DNA from: Parcubacteria group bacterium GW2011_GWC2_42_12
Lineage (GTDB): Bacteria > Patescibacteriota > Patescibacteriia > Patescibacteriales > GWC2-42-12
Direction: 5' to 3'
DNA: 61,760 nt
Assembly (NCBI GenBank): GCA_000997945.1
Contig: LCCP01000003.1
Location: 1-61,760 of the forward strand
Positions 44,480-53,710 of this stretch are shown in pieces. The notes under the pieces are model-generated. The model searched no databases, was not told where the DNA came from, and saw nothing but the letters and a program-made list of their open reading frames with translations. Every line of letters starts with the position of its first letter. Position 1 is the first letter of the stretch. A program made the position numbers and the translations under genes.

Positions 44480-46006
44480 ATGGAATACGATGTTATTATC
44501 GGCCTGGAAATCCATGCCGAGCTAAAAACCAAATCAAAAATGTTCTGCGGATGCAGCAACGACGCGCAAGGCCAAGAACCCAACACCACGGTCTGCCCCA
44601 TCTGCCTGGCGCATCCGGGAACTTTGCCGGTGCCTAATAAACAAGCCGTGGAATGGACCATCCTTCTGGGCCTGGCTTTAAATTGTAAAATCAACGAACT
44701 TTCTAAATTTGACCGCAAAAATTATTTTTATCCTGACCTGCCTAAGGGTTATCAAATTTCTCAATACGACTTGCCGATCGCTTATGACGGCTTTCTGGAA
44801 GTTGACGGCCAGCCAATTTTAATAACCCGCATCCACCTGGAAGAGGATACGGGAAAATTGATCCACCCGGCCGAAAAAAAATATTCTTTGGTAGATTATA
44901 ACCGCGCCGGCACGCCGCTCGTAGAATTGGTCACCGAACCAGTAATTAAGACGGCCGCCACGGCTAAAAAATTCGCGCGGGACTACCAGCAAATTCTCCG
45001 TTTCTTGGATATCTCTAATGCTGACATGGAAAAAGGCGAAATGAGATGCGAGGCCAATATCAGCGTTCAGGAACGGGGCAAATGGCAATATGCCAATGGC
45101 CAAATTAAGCCAAAAGGCGACTATAAATTAAACCCCAAAGTTGAATTGAAAAATATCAACTCTTTTAAGTATATGGAAAAGGCGGTTGATTATGAAATCA
45201 AACGGCAAATTAAGGCCGTAGCCAACGGCGATCCTTCGACTGGCTCAGGATTAATTCAGGAAACCCGCGGCTGGAATAATGCCAAGAGCGTAACTTTTAG
45301 CCAGAGAATTAAAGAAACTTCGGCCGATTACCGTTATTTTCCTGAACCGGATATCCCGCCGCTAAAGATTAGCCAGGCCTGGATAGATAAAATTAGGGCC
45401 GGAATGAATGAGCTGCCGGCGCAAAAAATTAAGCGCTTTAAAGAAGAATATTTATTCTCCGATTACGAAAGCCTGATTCTGGCCGGCGACCAAAACTTGG
45501 CTAAATACACCGAACAGGTAGTTTCCGAGTTGAGAGCCTGGATAGAAGCCCACGGCGATAATTGGGAAAGGCAAAAACATAAATTAGCGAAAACAACCGC
45601 CAACTGGCTGATCAACGAATTATTTAAACATCTTAAGACTGACGGTTCCGGCCTCCGTAATAATAAAATTACGCCAGAAAATTTCGCCGAATTTATCTGC
45701 TTGATTTATCAAAATAAAATTAATTCTTCAGCGGCCCAAATGATTCTCGCTCAAATGTATAAGCAGGGCGGCGATCCGACGCAAATTATGGCTGATCTTG
45801 GGCTTGAACAGCTTGATGATAAAGCGGCTTTAGAAAAAATCATCGCGGAAATTATTTTAAAAAACCAAGCGCAGGTTGAGCAATATAAAAAAGGCAAAAC
45901 CAATGTCCTGCAATTCTTCGTCGGCCAGGCTATGGCCGCGACTAAAGGTAAGGCCAACCCGAAGATCGTTAGGGAAATTTTATTAAATGATTTATTGAAA
46001 AAATAG
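44480..46006 (+). CDS. gatB: Asp-tRNA(Asn)/Glu-tRNA(Gln) amidotransferase subunit B
   Basis: Has YDVIIGLEIHAEL, HLEEDTGK and a C-terminal YqeY-like tail. It carries an in-frame DPSTGSG palindrome insert. Confidence 0.95.
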   Translation: MEYDVIIGLEIHAELKTKSKMFCGCSNDAQGQEPNTTVCPICLAHPGTLPVPNKQAVEWTILLGLALNCKINELSKFDRKNYFYPDLPKGYQISQYDLPIAYDGFLEVDGQPILITRIHLEEDTGKLIHPAEKKYSLVDYNRAGTPLVELVTEPVIKTAATAKKFARDYQQILRFLDISNADMEKGEMRCEANISVQERGKWQYANGQIKPKGDYKLNPKVELKNINSFKYMEKAVDYEIKRQIKAVANGDPSTGSGLIQETRGWNNAKSVTFSQRIKETSADYRYFPEPDIPPLKISQAWIDKIRAGMNELPAQKIKRFKEEYLFSDYESLILAGDQNLAKYTEQVVSELRAWIEAHGDNWERQKHKLAKTTANWLINELFKHLKTDGSGLRNNKITPENFAEFICLIYQNKINSSAAQMILAQMYKQGGDPTQIMADLGLEQLDDKAALEKIIAEIILKNQAQVEQYKKGKTNVLQFFVGQAMAATKGKANPKIVREILLNDLLKK

Positions 46007-46023
46007 CCTTAAAATTAGCCAAT

Positions 46024-46170
46024 TTGACAAATTTTTAGGATATGGTAAAATCATAATAATGAATAAATTTCAACACCGCAAAAAGAAATCACCTGTTCGC
46101 TTGGGCAATTGCCCGAGAGGAAAATTTATTTTTTAAAAAATTCCCCGTTCGCAAGAACGGGGAATTTTTT
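46024..46170 (+). promoter_or_regulatory. Candidate pyrB leader: promoter, leaderless 25-codon ORF, U-tract and terminator
   Basis: Promoter TTGACA-N16-(TGg)TAAAAT. ATG 46059 opens MNKFQHRKKKSPVRLGNCPRGKFIF*. The stop abuts the 16-bp hairpin aaaaaattccccgttc/gaacggggaatttttt. Confidence 0.4.
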
Positions 46171-46274
46171 AAGGCGTAAAAAAACCAACCCTAAAACAAC
46201 AAAACCAATGAACCTTCAAATTTAATGACGGTTAACCATCAAACAAACAACGCCCAACTACAGGAGAATAGATC

Positions 46275-47243
46275 ATGAAAAACACAAACGGAACTAACGG
46301 CAACGGTTATCTGCGGAGGCATGGCTTGATCAAGGTCCAACAATTGACCAGACCGACGATTGACGCCATTTTCGCCGCCGCCGACCAGGTGAAGCAAGGT
46401 CATTTTGATTCGCAAGCCCTCAGGGGCAAGCTAATGGTGGTCCTTTTCTACGAGCCCAGCACCCGTACCAAATTCAGCCATGAAATTGCCATGGCTAAAC
46501 TCGGCGGCACCGTAATCAGCACGGATAGCGCCCGAGTCTTTTCTTCCGCCGCCAAGGGTGAAACCATCGGAGATACTTTCGAAGTCATCGGCGGTTACGA
46601 GCCCGATATCATCGTCGTCCGTTATGACAGGAAGGGCGAACTGGAGGAAGCGCAAAGGCGAGCTGGAATACCCATCATCAACGCCGGCGACGGCACCGGA
46701 CAGCACCCTACCCAAGCTCTGCTTGATCTCTTCACCATCAGGGAGAAATTCGGGGAAATCCAGGGTTTGCATATCGCCATGGTAGGCGACCTGAAACACG
46801 GTCGAACCGTCAGATCGTTATGCTACCTGATAGCCAAACACTTCCCCGGCAATATCATCCATCTGGTCTCGCCCGGCCCGGTCAGAATGAGGGAGGATGT
46901 CAAGAAATACATGAGAAAACATAACATCGAGTTTCACGAAACCGAAAGTTTGGACGAAGTTCTACCGGCAACCGATGTCCTTTACGAAACCCGTGTTCAA
47001 GATGAGCGGTACAAGAAAAACCCCGCCCTCCTGGCCAAAGTTCGCCAGGCAAGCAAGCGCCTGATCATCGGGCCCGCCACCTTAACCAGGATGAAGTCGG
47101 AAGCAATCATCATGCATCCTCTCCCCCGCATCGATGAAATTGAGAGAAGTGTTGACGCCGACCCCAGGGCTTGGTATTTCCGTCAGGCCAAAAACGGCCT
47201 CTTCGTCAGGATGGCTCTCCTGAAGATGATCATCATTGGCTGA
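46275..47243 (+). CDS. pyrB: Aspartate carbamoyltransferase catalytic subunit
   Basis: Has STRTK, HPTQALLD and HPLPR motifs, with AGGAGA 7 nt before the ATG. It is visibly more GC-rich than its neighbours. Confidence 0.85.
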   Translation: MKNTNGTNGNGYLRRHGLIKVQQLTRPTIDAIFAAADQVKQGHFDSQALRGKLMVVLFYEPSTRTKFSHEIAMAKLGGTVISTDSARVFSSAAKGETIGDTFEVIGGYEPDIIVVRYDRKGELEEAQRRAGIPIINAGDGTGQHPTQALLDLFTIREKFGEIQGLHIAMVGDLKHGRTVRSLCYLIAKHFPGNIIHLVSPGPVRMREDVKKYMRKHNIEFHETESLDEVLPATDVLYETRVQDERYKKNPALLAKVRQASKRLIIGPATLTRMKSEAIIMHPLPRIDEIERSVDADPRAWYFRQAKNGLFVRMALLKMIIIG

Positions 47244-47265
47244 TGAAACAGTCAAGAGCTACGCG

Positions 47266-47296
47266 GGGCCGATGTTCGCACATCGGCCCTTTCTTT
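47266..47296 (+). terminator. Intrinsic terminator after pyrB
   Basis: A 9-bp stem gggccgatg/catcggccc followed by tttcttta. Confidence 0.7.
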
Positions 47297-48203
47297 ATTT
47301 AATAAATTTTTTTACCATTTTGACTGCGCCACCTTTATTCTTCAGCCACGCTATCTTAGCCCCCTGTTTCTCCCAGCGCTTAAACCAGGTTAATTGCCGC
47401 TTGGAAAACTGACAGATAGCGATATCCAGCTTCTCCACCATCTCGTCATAGCTTAATTTTTTCCGTAAATATAGAGAAATAAATTTATATTCCAGGCCAA
47501 AATCTTCTAATCTCTTCCAGCCCAAACCACCTGCTCTTAATTTCCTAACCTCTTCTATCATCTTCTGCTGCTCCAGCCGTTCTACCAGCCTGGCGGTGAT
47601 TTTTTTCTTTAAAACTTCGCGCGGACAATCAATGCCGATTATTAATGCCTCATACTTTCCCCTGCCGGTTTGGCTTTTAAAGTCTTTGTCCTGCCCTAGG
47701 ATTTCCAAATAGCGAACCAGCCGGCGCGGATTATTTCTATCGCTGTTATTTAACCTAGCTGCCATCTTTGGCGCTAGTTTATCCAACTTACTGAATAATT
47801 CTTTGGCGTTTAATTCTTCGGCCTTTTTTCTCAAAGCCAAATCTCTTTTAGCGTCGGCTAGTTGAAAATTATCCACCACGGCCTGCAAATATAAGCCGCT
47901 GCCGCCAACCAGAATCGGTAGTTTGCCGCGCCGTAAAATATCATCAATGGCCGCGAAAGCTAATTTTTGATATTTAACCAAATTAAATTGCCGTCTGGGA
48001 TCGGCCACGTCTATTAAATAATATGGCACATTATAGTCGCCCAGATCTTTACCCGTGCCGATGTCCAGGCCTTTATATACCTGCCGGGAATCAGCGCTAA
48101 CAATCTCGCCGTTAAATTTATTGGCTAATTCAATTGCCAATTTAGTTTTCCCGCAAGCGGTCGGACCGAGAACCACGATAATTTTTGGCTTATCATGAGA
48201 CAT
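47295..48203 (-). CDS. miaA: tRNA dimethylallyltransferase
   Basis: GPTACGKT P-loop and SADSRQVYKGLDIGT motif. The start is set at MSHDKPK. Confidence 0.92.
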   Translation of the reverse strand: MSHDKPKIIVVLGPTACGKTKLAIELANKFNGEIVSADSRQVYKGLDIGTGKDLGDYNVPYYLIDVADPRRQFNLVKYQKLAFAAIDDILRRGKLPILVGGSGLYLQAVVDNFQLADAKRDLALRKKAEELNAKELFSKLDKLAPKMAARLNNSDRNNPRRLVRYLEILGQDKDFKSQTGRGKYEALIIGIDCPREVLKKKITARLVERLEQQKMIEEVRKLRAGGLGWKRLEDFGLEYKFISLYLRKKLSYDEMVEKLDIAICQFSKRQLTWFKRWEKQGAKIAWLKNKGGAVKMVKKFIK

Positions 48204-48208
48204 AATAA

Positions 48209-49549
48209 TTAAACCTTTCCGGCTAAACAAAATTCTTTAGCGCCGGTTACTTTTACTTTTACAAAATTACCGGCTCGACAGATTGATGATTTGGCCGAGA
48301 ACCTAATGTCCTTGCCGGTCGCGGTCTTACCAAACCACTTTCCGACCTTAGTCTGATTTTCCATTAAAACCCTAACGGTTTTACCGATATATTTTTTATT
48401 ATTAGCCAGAGCCGTCTGGCGTAAAATTTTATCTAGCTGATTCTTCCGTCTGGTCTTTTCCGCAGGCGATACATTGTCCACTAATTTAAACGCGGCCGTG
48501 CCCGGTCGAGGACTATATTCGGAAATATAAGCCATGTCAAATCCGACTTGTCTAAATAATTTTACCGAGTTATTAAATTGTTTTCTTGTTTCGCTCGGAA
48601 AACCCACGATAATATCCGTGGTAATTGATACCGGAGGTTTCCATATTACCCCCTTGATAAAGGGGGATGAAGGGAGATTTAATTGTTTTCTTATCTTCTT
48701 AACCAGTTTTATATAATCTGCTCTGGTATACTGCCTGTTCATCCTTTTTAGCACTAAATTGTCTCCGGCCTGAACCGGCAAATAAATCTGCGGGCAGGCT
48801 TTTTCGCAGCTAGCCACGGCCTTTATCAATTTGTCCGACATGTCTTTAGGATGGCTGGATAAAAATCTTATCCAAAAATCTCCCGGAATATCATTTATCG
48901 TTTTAAGCAAGTCGGCAAAATCTCCCCCCCTTGATAAAGGGGGGCTAGGGGGGATTGGCGACTTATAGCTATTAACGTTTTGAGCAATCAAAACGACTTC
49001 TTTATATCCCCTCTTCACTAACCCCCTGACTTCAGCCAATATTTCCTGGGCCGAACGATAAACTTCTCGGCCGCGCGCGTAAGGCACGACGCAATAAACG
49101 CAAAAATTATCACAGCCGTTGCCGATCGGCACATAAGCGCTGAAATTAGAGTCATGTTTTGGCTGTATGGATAAATAATCTTGGTTTCCAAAATTATCAT
49201 TTCCGCGTCGTTGATAATTTAAAATTTTAAATTTAAAATTTAAAATTTCTTTAACCGGCAACCACGCATCCACATACTTTTTCAATCTTCTCCGAACATC
49301 TTTTCTTTCGCTTAAGCAACCGGTTAAAATTATTTTGGCTTTCCGGTTTTCTTTTTTTATTCCGGGAATTAAACCGTAAATCCGGTTTTCCGCCGACTGG
49401 CGAACGCCGCAAGTATTTATGATAACCAAATCAGCCCCATATTTATTATCGGTTTTTTTAAAGCCGGCTTGCTCTAACCGGCTGGCCAATCTTTCGCTGT
49501 CAGATATATTCATCTGGCAGCCGATAGTAATTATATGGTAAGTTGGCAT
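48209..49549 (-). CDS. miaB: tRNA-2-methylthio-N6-dimethylallyladenosine synthase
   Basis: Has an MTTase N-domain, the radical SAM CDNFCVYC cluster and a TRAM C-terminus. It contains repeat-derived in-frame inserts. Confidence 0.9.
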   Translation of the reverse strand: MPTYHIITIGCQMNISDSERLASRLEQAGFKKTDNKYGADLVIINTCGVRQSAENRIYGLIPGIKKENRKAKIILTGCLSERKDVRRRLKKYVDAWLPVKEILNFKFKILNYQRRGNDNFGNQDYLSIQPKHDSNFSAYVPIGNGCDNFCVYCVVPYARGREVYRSAQEILAEVRGLVKRGYKEVVLIAQNVNSYKSPIPPSPPLSRGGDFADLLKTINDIPGDFWIRFLSSHPKDMSDKLIKAVASCEKACPQIYLPVQAGDNLVLKRMNRQYTRADYIKLVKKIRKQLNLPSSPFIKGVIWKPPVSITTDIIVGFPSETRKQFNNSVKLFRQVGFDMAYISEYSPRPGTAAFKLVDNVSPAEKTRRKNQLDKILRQTALANNKKYIGKTVRVLMENQTKVGKWFGKTATGKDIRFSAKSSICRAGNFVKVKVTGAKEFCLAGKV

Positions 49550-49558
49550 AATAATTAA

Positions 49559-49650
49559 GCCCCCTTTAACAAAGGGGGTTAGGGGGATTTATAATTTTTG
49601 CCATAGCATAAATCCCCCGCCCTGTCGGGCGGCCCCTTTATTAAAGGGGC
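49559..49650. repeat. GC-rich compound palindrome family D, complete copy D3
   Basis: Contains ccccctttaacaaaggggg, the long-range stem gggggattta/taaatccccc, gccctgtcgggc, and cccctttattaaagggg. Confidence 0.8.
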
Positions 49651-49654
49651 TAAA

Positions 49655-50758
49655 TTAAATCCCCAGCTCTCTTAATTGCTCTTTCTGCTTGCGCGATAAA
49701 CCGGTCGGAGTTTTAACTATTACTTCCACCAAATGATCGCCCCGGCCGCCGCCGCGCACATGGGGCACGCCCCGGCCCTTAAGCCGGATTACCCGGCCTG
49801 ATTGCGTACCTTCGGAAATTTTTAATTCCACCGGTCCATCGACGGTTTCCACGTCAATTTTTCCGCCCAAAGAGGCGAGAGCTATGCCGATTTCGGCTCT
49901 TGATAAAATGTTAAAATTTTCTCTGGTAAATCTTTTGTCCGGATTGACCCTGACTTTTATGTATAAATCTCCGGCTTGCCTGTCCTGAGTTCTGTCGAAG
50001 GAGCCGCCTCTGGCGGAGGCCTCGCCCTGCCCCGCGTATCTCATGGTTTCGCCGTTATCAATGCCGGCCGGAATCTTAATTTTTAAACTAGCTATTTCGT
50101 TGGCTATGCCGGCGCCTTTGCAATGCCGGCATTTTTCTTTAATAATAACGCCTTCGCCCTGGCAGGCCGAGCAAACAGCCTGAACTTGCATATTGCCTAA
50201 AATCGTCCTCTGCGTTTTAATTACTTTGCCCGTGCCGCGGCAGGTCGAGCAGGTCTCGGATCCGCTCCCCGGTTCGGCGCCCGAACCTTTGCATTTTGAA
50301 CAACTGACGGTTTTTCTTAGGCTGATTTCCCGCTCCACGCCGAAACAAGCTTCTTTAAAATCAATATTTAAAATTACTTCTATGTCTCTGCCTCGTTCTT
50401 GCCGCCGCCCCTGTCCGCCTCGGGCGGAAAAGCCGAAAATATCGCCCAAGCCGCCAAAAATATCGCCCAAATCATCCATGTTGATGTTAAAACCCTGGCC
50501 GCCGCCGAAACCTTCAAAGCCGGAAGGTCCGCCCTGATTTCTGGCCTGCTCAAAGGTTTGGCCGTATTGGTCGTATTGTGATCGCTTTTTTTCGTCGCTT
50601 AAAACCTGGTAAGCTTCATTAAGCTCCTTGAACTTGGCTTCATTGCCGCAGGGCTTGTCCGGGTGGCACTCGTGCGCTTTTTTCCGGAAAGCTTTTTTTA
50701 TTTCATCCTGATTGGCGCCCTTGTTCACGCCTAATATATTGTAGTAGTCTTTGCTCAT
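49655..50758 (-). CDS. dnaJ: Molecular chaperone DnaJ
   Basis: Has the J-domain HPD motif, a G/F region and four CxxCxGxG repeats. It carries an in-frame SFDRTQDRQ palindrome insert. Confidence 0.95.
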   Translation of the reverse strand: MSKDYYNILGVNKGANQDEIKKAFRKKAHECHPDKPCGNEAKFKELNEAYQVLSDEKKRSQYDQYGQTFEQARNQGGPSGFEGFGGGQGFNINMDDLGDIFGGLGDIFGFSARGGQGRRQERGRDIEVILNIDFKEACFGVEREISLRKTVSCSKCKGSGAEPGSGSETCSTCRGTGKVIKTQRTILGNMQVQAVCSACQGEGVIIKEKCRHCKGAGIANEIASLKIKIPAGIDNGETMRYAGQGEASARGGSFDRTQDRQAGDLYIKVRVNPDKRFTRENFNILSRAEIGIALASLGGKIDVETVDGPVELKISEGTQSGRVIRLKGRGVPHVRGGGRGDHLVEVIVKTPTGLSRKQKEQLRELGI

Positions 50759-50814
50759 TTTTTTAGTTTTGTCATTCCGGCCTCCGGAGCCGGAATCAAA
50801 AATTATTTATTAAT

Positions 50815-50935
50815 TGTCATTGCGAGGAACCCAGCTCCAGTTTAAGAAACTGGGGCTGGGCGACGAAGCAATCTCTGGTTCGAAGCGATAGCTACTCTTA
50901 TTAAAAACTGCCTTAATATTTTTGTTTTTTGGCTT
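50815..50935. repeat. MITE, tgtcattgcgag family (copy C5, left end only)
   Basis: The left TIR and interior resemble C1/C3, but no right TIR is present. It is preceded by the gtcattccggc...gccggaat hairpin at 50770-50796. Confidence 0.6.
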
Positions 50936-50965
50936 TTTTAAAACTTTTTTATTTACCCAACCGCC

Positions 50966-50994
50966 TTGACAAAAAAATAATGAAATGCCAATAT
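50966..50994 (+). promoter_or_regulatory. Promoter TTGACA-N17-(TGc)CAATAT
   Basis: Lies upstream of the 142-aa plus-strand ORF. Confidence 0.45.
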
Positions 50995-51090
50995 ATTGAT
51001 AACCGAACCTAGCTAACCAGCTTTTTAGTACTGGTATCGTAAATAGATATCAGGAGGTTAAGCAAAAACTTTTCAATACGGAGGAACAAG

Positions 51091-51519
51091 ATGGATCTTT
51101 CAACTCTAATAGTGTGCCTAATAATTGGCATCCTGGTAGTGGCTGTAATCGCTTTGAGCTATTCGCTCAAAAAGCAAAAGCAAATGAGGCGGGATTTGCG
51201 TGTATCATTGGTCGTACAGCTTACCGACGGTGGCATTGTAACTGTTCTGATAACCTCTAATGACGGCCCTATGCTTCGGGGGCACGGTTTTCTCGAAATC
51301 CTTCCCATCAGAATCCGAACCGAGACCGAGGACAATTTTAGTGCGGTCAACCAAGTTTGGGAAGCATTAAAGGCCAAATTTGCCAATGAAGCACTTACTG
51401 GCACACAAGTAGGGCCTGGTTACCATTTAGCTGTTTTCCCAAAAGGAGGTACCACGCTCGTTGGTATTGTGGATGCACTCAAACAGAGCGGTTTCAATGT
51501 GCATTCGTGCGTGTGTTGA
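51091..51519 (+). CDS. Hypothetical membrane-anchored protein (142 aa)
   Basis: Has GGAGGA 5 nt before the ATG, an N-terminal TM helix, and its own promoter and terminator. It is antisense to the dnaK-dnaJ unit. Confidence 0.6.
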   Translation: MDLSTLIVCLIIGILVVAVIALSYSLKKQKQMRRDLRVSLVVQLTDGGIVTVLITSNDGPMLRGHGFLEILPIRIRTETEDNFSAVNQVWEALKAKFANEALTGTQVGPGYHLAVFPKGGTTLVGIVDALKQSGFNVHSCVC

Positions 51520-51542
51520 CTTTCGCTCCTTTAGCTTTCGCT

Positions 51543-51575
51543 CCGCGCTACAAGTTAGTAGCGCGGTTTTTTTTA
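51543..51575 (+). terminator. Intrinsic terminator
   Basis: A 9-bp stem ccgcgctac/gtagcgcgg followed by tttttttt. Confidence 0.75.
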
Positions 51576-51584
51576 TTCGCTTTT

Positions 51585-53534
51585 TTATTTTTTCTCCGTG
51601 AACTCGCCTTCAATTGGCCCTTCTTCTTTCTTCGGTTCGCCGGTTCCGGCTTCGCCGCCATTCGCCTGCCCCGCGCCAGCTTCAGATTGCTTGTCCGCCG
51701 AAGCTTTAGCGGAGGCGGAGTACATAGCCGCGCCGATTTTCTGCGCGACCGCGTTCAATTCGTCCATGGCTTTCTTTATTTCAGCAAGTACCTGCCCTGA
51801 GCCTGTCGAAGGGTCGCCGTCTTTTACCTTTTTTAGGGCTTCAATCTTTTCTTCAAGCTCTTTCTTATCTTCGGCCTTTATCTTATCACCCGATTCTTTA
51901 ATTAATTTTTCGCTCTGAAAAACCACGGCTTCGGCCTGATTTTTAATTTCCACCTGTTCTTTTTTCTTTTTATCCTCATCGGCATGAAGCTCGGCCTCTT
52001 TTTTCATCTTTTCCACTTCTTCCTTAGATAGCCCGGATGAAGCCGTGATGGTAATTTTTTGCTCTCGGCTGGTGGCCTTATCCTTGGCTTTAACGTTTAG
52101 TATGCCGTTGGCGTCAATGTCAAAAGACACTTCAACCTGCGGTACGCCGCGCGGCGCCGTCGGGATGCCGTCCAAAATGAACCGGCCTAAAGTCTTGTTG
52201 TCGCCGGCCATGGGGCGTTCGCCCTGTAAGACATGGATCTCCACGCTGGTCTGGCCGTCGGCCGCGGTGGAAAAAACCTGGGACTTTGAAGTCGGAATCG
52301 TGGTATTTCTTTCAATCAAGGGCGTGGCCACTCCGCCAAGAGTTTCAATGCCTAAAGTCAGAGGCGTAACATCCAAGAGCAGGACATCTTTAACATCGCC
52401 TTGTAGAACGCCGGCCTGAACGGCCGCGCCCACGGCAACAACCTCGTCTGGATTAACGGTTAAATTCGGCTCTTTCTTAAAAAATTCTTTAACGGTTTTT
52501 AAGACTAAGGGCATACGGGTCATGCCGCCGACCATGAGCACTTCTTCAATATCTTTAATATCCACCCCCGCGTCTTTAAGCGCCGCCCTTACCGGAGCGA
52601 TGGTCGCGGCCACTAAATCGCCGGTCAACTCTTCCAGCTTGGCTCTGGCCATCTTCATAACCAAGTGCAGGGGTCGGCCAGAGGGATCAACCGTAATAAA
52701 CGGCTGGTTGATTTCGGTTTCCGGCATGGTAGAAAGTTCAATTTTGGCTTTCTCGGCCGCTTCCTTTATTCTTTGCAAAGACAAGGGATCTTTAGATAGG
52801 TCAGCGCCATCGCTCTTTTTAAATTCCGCGATTATCCAGGCAATTATCCTTTGGTCAAAATCATCGCCACCTAAATGCGTATCGCCGTTAGTGGATTTAA
52901 CTTCTACCGTGTCCGAGCTTACATCCAAAATGGATATGTCAAAAGTGCCGCCGCCTAAATCATAAACCGCGATTTGCTGACCCTTTTTCTTTTCAAAGCC
53001 ATAGGCCAGGGCCGCGGCGGTTGGTTCGTTAATTATCCGTTTAACATCTAAACCGGCGATTTTGCCCGCGTCTTTAGTAGCTTGCCTTTGCGCGTCGCTA
53101 AAATAGGCCGGCACGGTTATAATGGCCTCAGTAATTTTCTCGCCGATTTTCGCTTCAGCGTCGGCTTTGAGTTTAGCCAAAATCATGGCCGAAACTTCCT
53201 GTGGCGTGTATTCTTTGCCGCCGATTTTCACTTTAACGCCGCCATTAGCTTTAATAATCTTATATGGCATGGCTTTTAAATCGCGCTGGACTTCCTCGTC
53301 CTCAAAACTCCGGCCGATTAACCGTTTAATTGAGAATATCGTGTTGGCCGGATTGGTCACGCCCTGCCGTTTGGCCGACATCCCCACTAATCGTTCGCCA
53401 TTCTTCGTAATCGCGACGATAGACGGCGTGGTTCTCGCGCCTTCAACATTTTCAATGATTTTCGGCTGTCCGCCTTCAATTATGGCCATAGCTGAATTAG
53501 TTGTGCCCAAATCAATTCCTAAAATTTTTGACAT
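51585..53534 (-). CDS. dnaK: Molecular chaperone DnaK
   Basis: Has [17 protein letters not shown] and the full Hsp70 layout. Repeat-derived inserts translate DPSTGSGQ and SAKASADK in the C-terminal lid/tail. Confidence 0.97.
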   Translation of the reverse strand: MSKILGIDLGTTNSAMAIIEGGQPKIIENVEGARTTPSIVAITKNGERLVGMSAKRQGVTNPANTIFSIKRLIGRSFEDEEVQRDLKAMPYKIIKANGGVKVKIGGKEYTPQEVSAMILAKLKADAEAKIGEKITEAIITVPAYFSDAQRQATKDAGKIAGLDVKRIINEPTAAALAYGFEKKKGQQIAVYDLGGGTFDISILDVSSDTVEVKSTNGDTHLGGDDFDQRIIAWIIAEFKKSDGADLSKDPLSLQRIKEAAEKAKIELSTMPETEINQPFITVDPSGRPLHLVMKMARAKLEELTGDLVAATIAPVRAALKDAGVDIKDIEEVLMVGGMTRMPLVLKTVKEFFKKEPNLTVNPDEVVAVGAAVQAGVLQGDVKDVLLLDVTPLTLGIETLGGVATPLIERNTTIPTSKSQVFSTAADGQTSVEIHVLQGERPMAGDNKTLGRFILDGIPTAPRGVPQVEVSFDIDANGILNVKAKDKATSREQKITITASSGLSKEEVEKMKKEAELHADEDKKKKEQVEIKNQAEAVVFQSEKLIKESGDKIKAEDKKELEEKIEALKKVKDGDPSTGSGQVLAEIKKAMDELNAVAQKIGAAMYSASAKASADKQSEAGAGQANGGEAGTGEPKKEEGPIEGEFTEKK

Positions 53535-53547
53535 AATATTTTTTCAT

Positions 53548-53678
53548 TGTCATTCGCGAAGAGTTATGTCCCCCTTCAAAGGGGACTTTTGCCCCCTTTA
53601 ACAAAGGGGGTTAGGGGGATTTAATCCTTCCCTCCCCCTCCTTTACAAGGAGGGCATGATCGTTTCTCGTAAATGACA
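53548..53678. repeat. Composite repeat: tgtcattcgcg...ctcgtaaatgaca MITE (C6) carrying family D palindromes
   Basis: The interior contains tcccccttcaaagggga, ccccctttaacaaaggggg ttagggggattta, and ccctccccctcctttacaaggaggg. Confidence 0.7.
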
Positions 53679-53710
53679 AATTTAATTATTTATTAATTTT
53701 AATTAAAATG

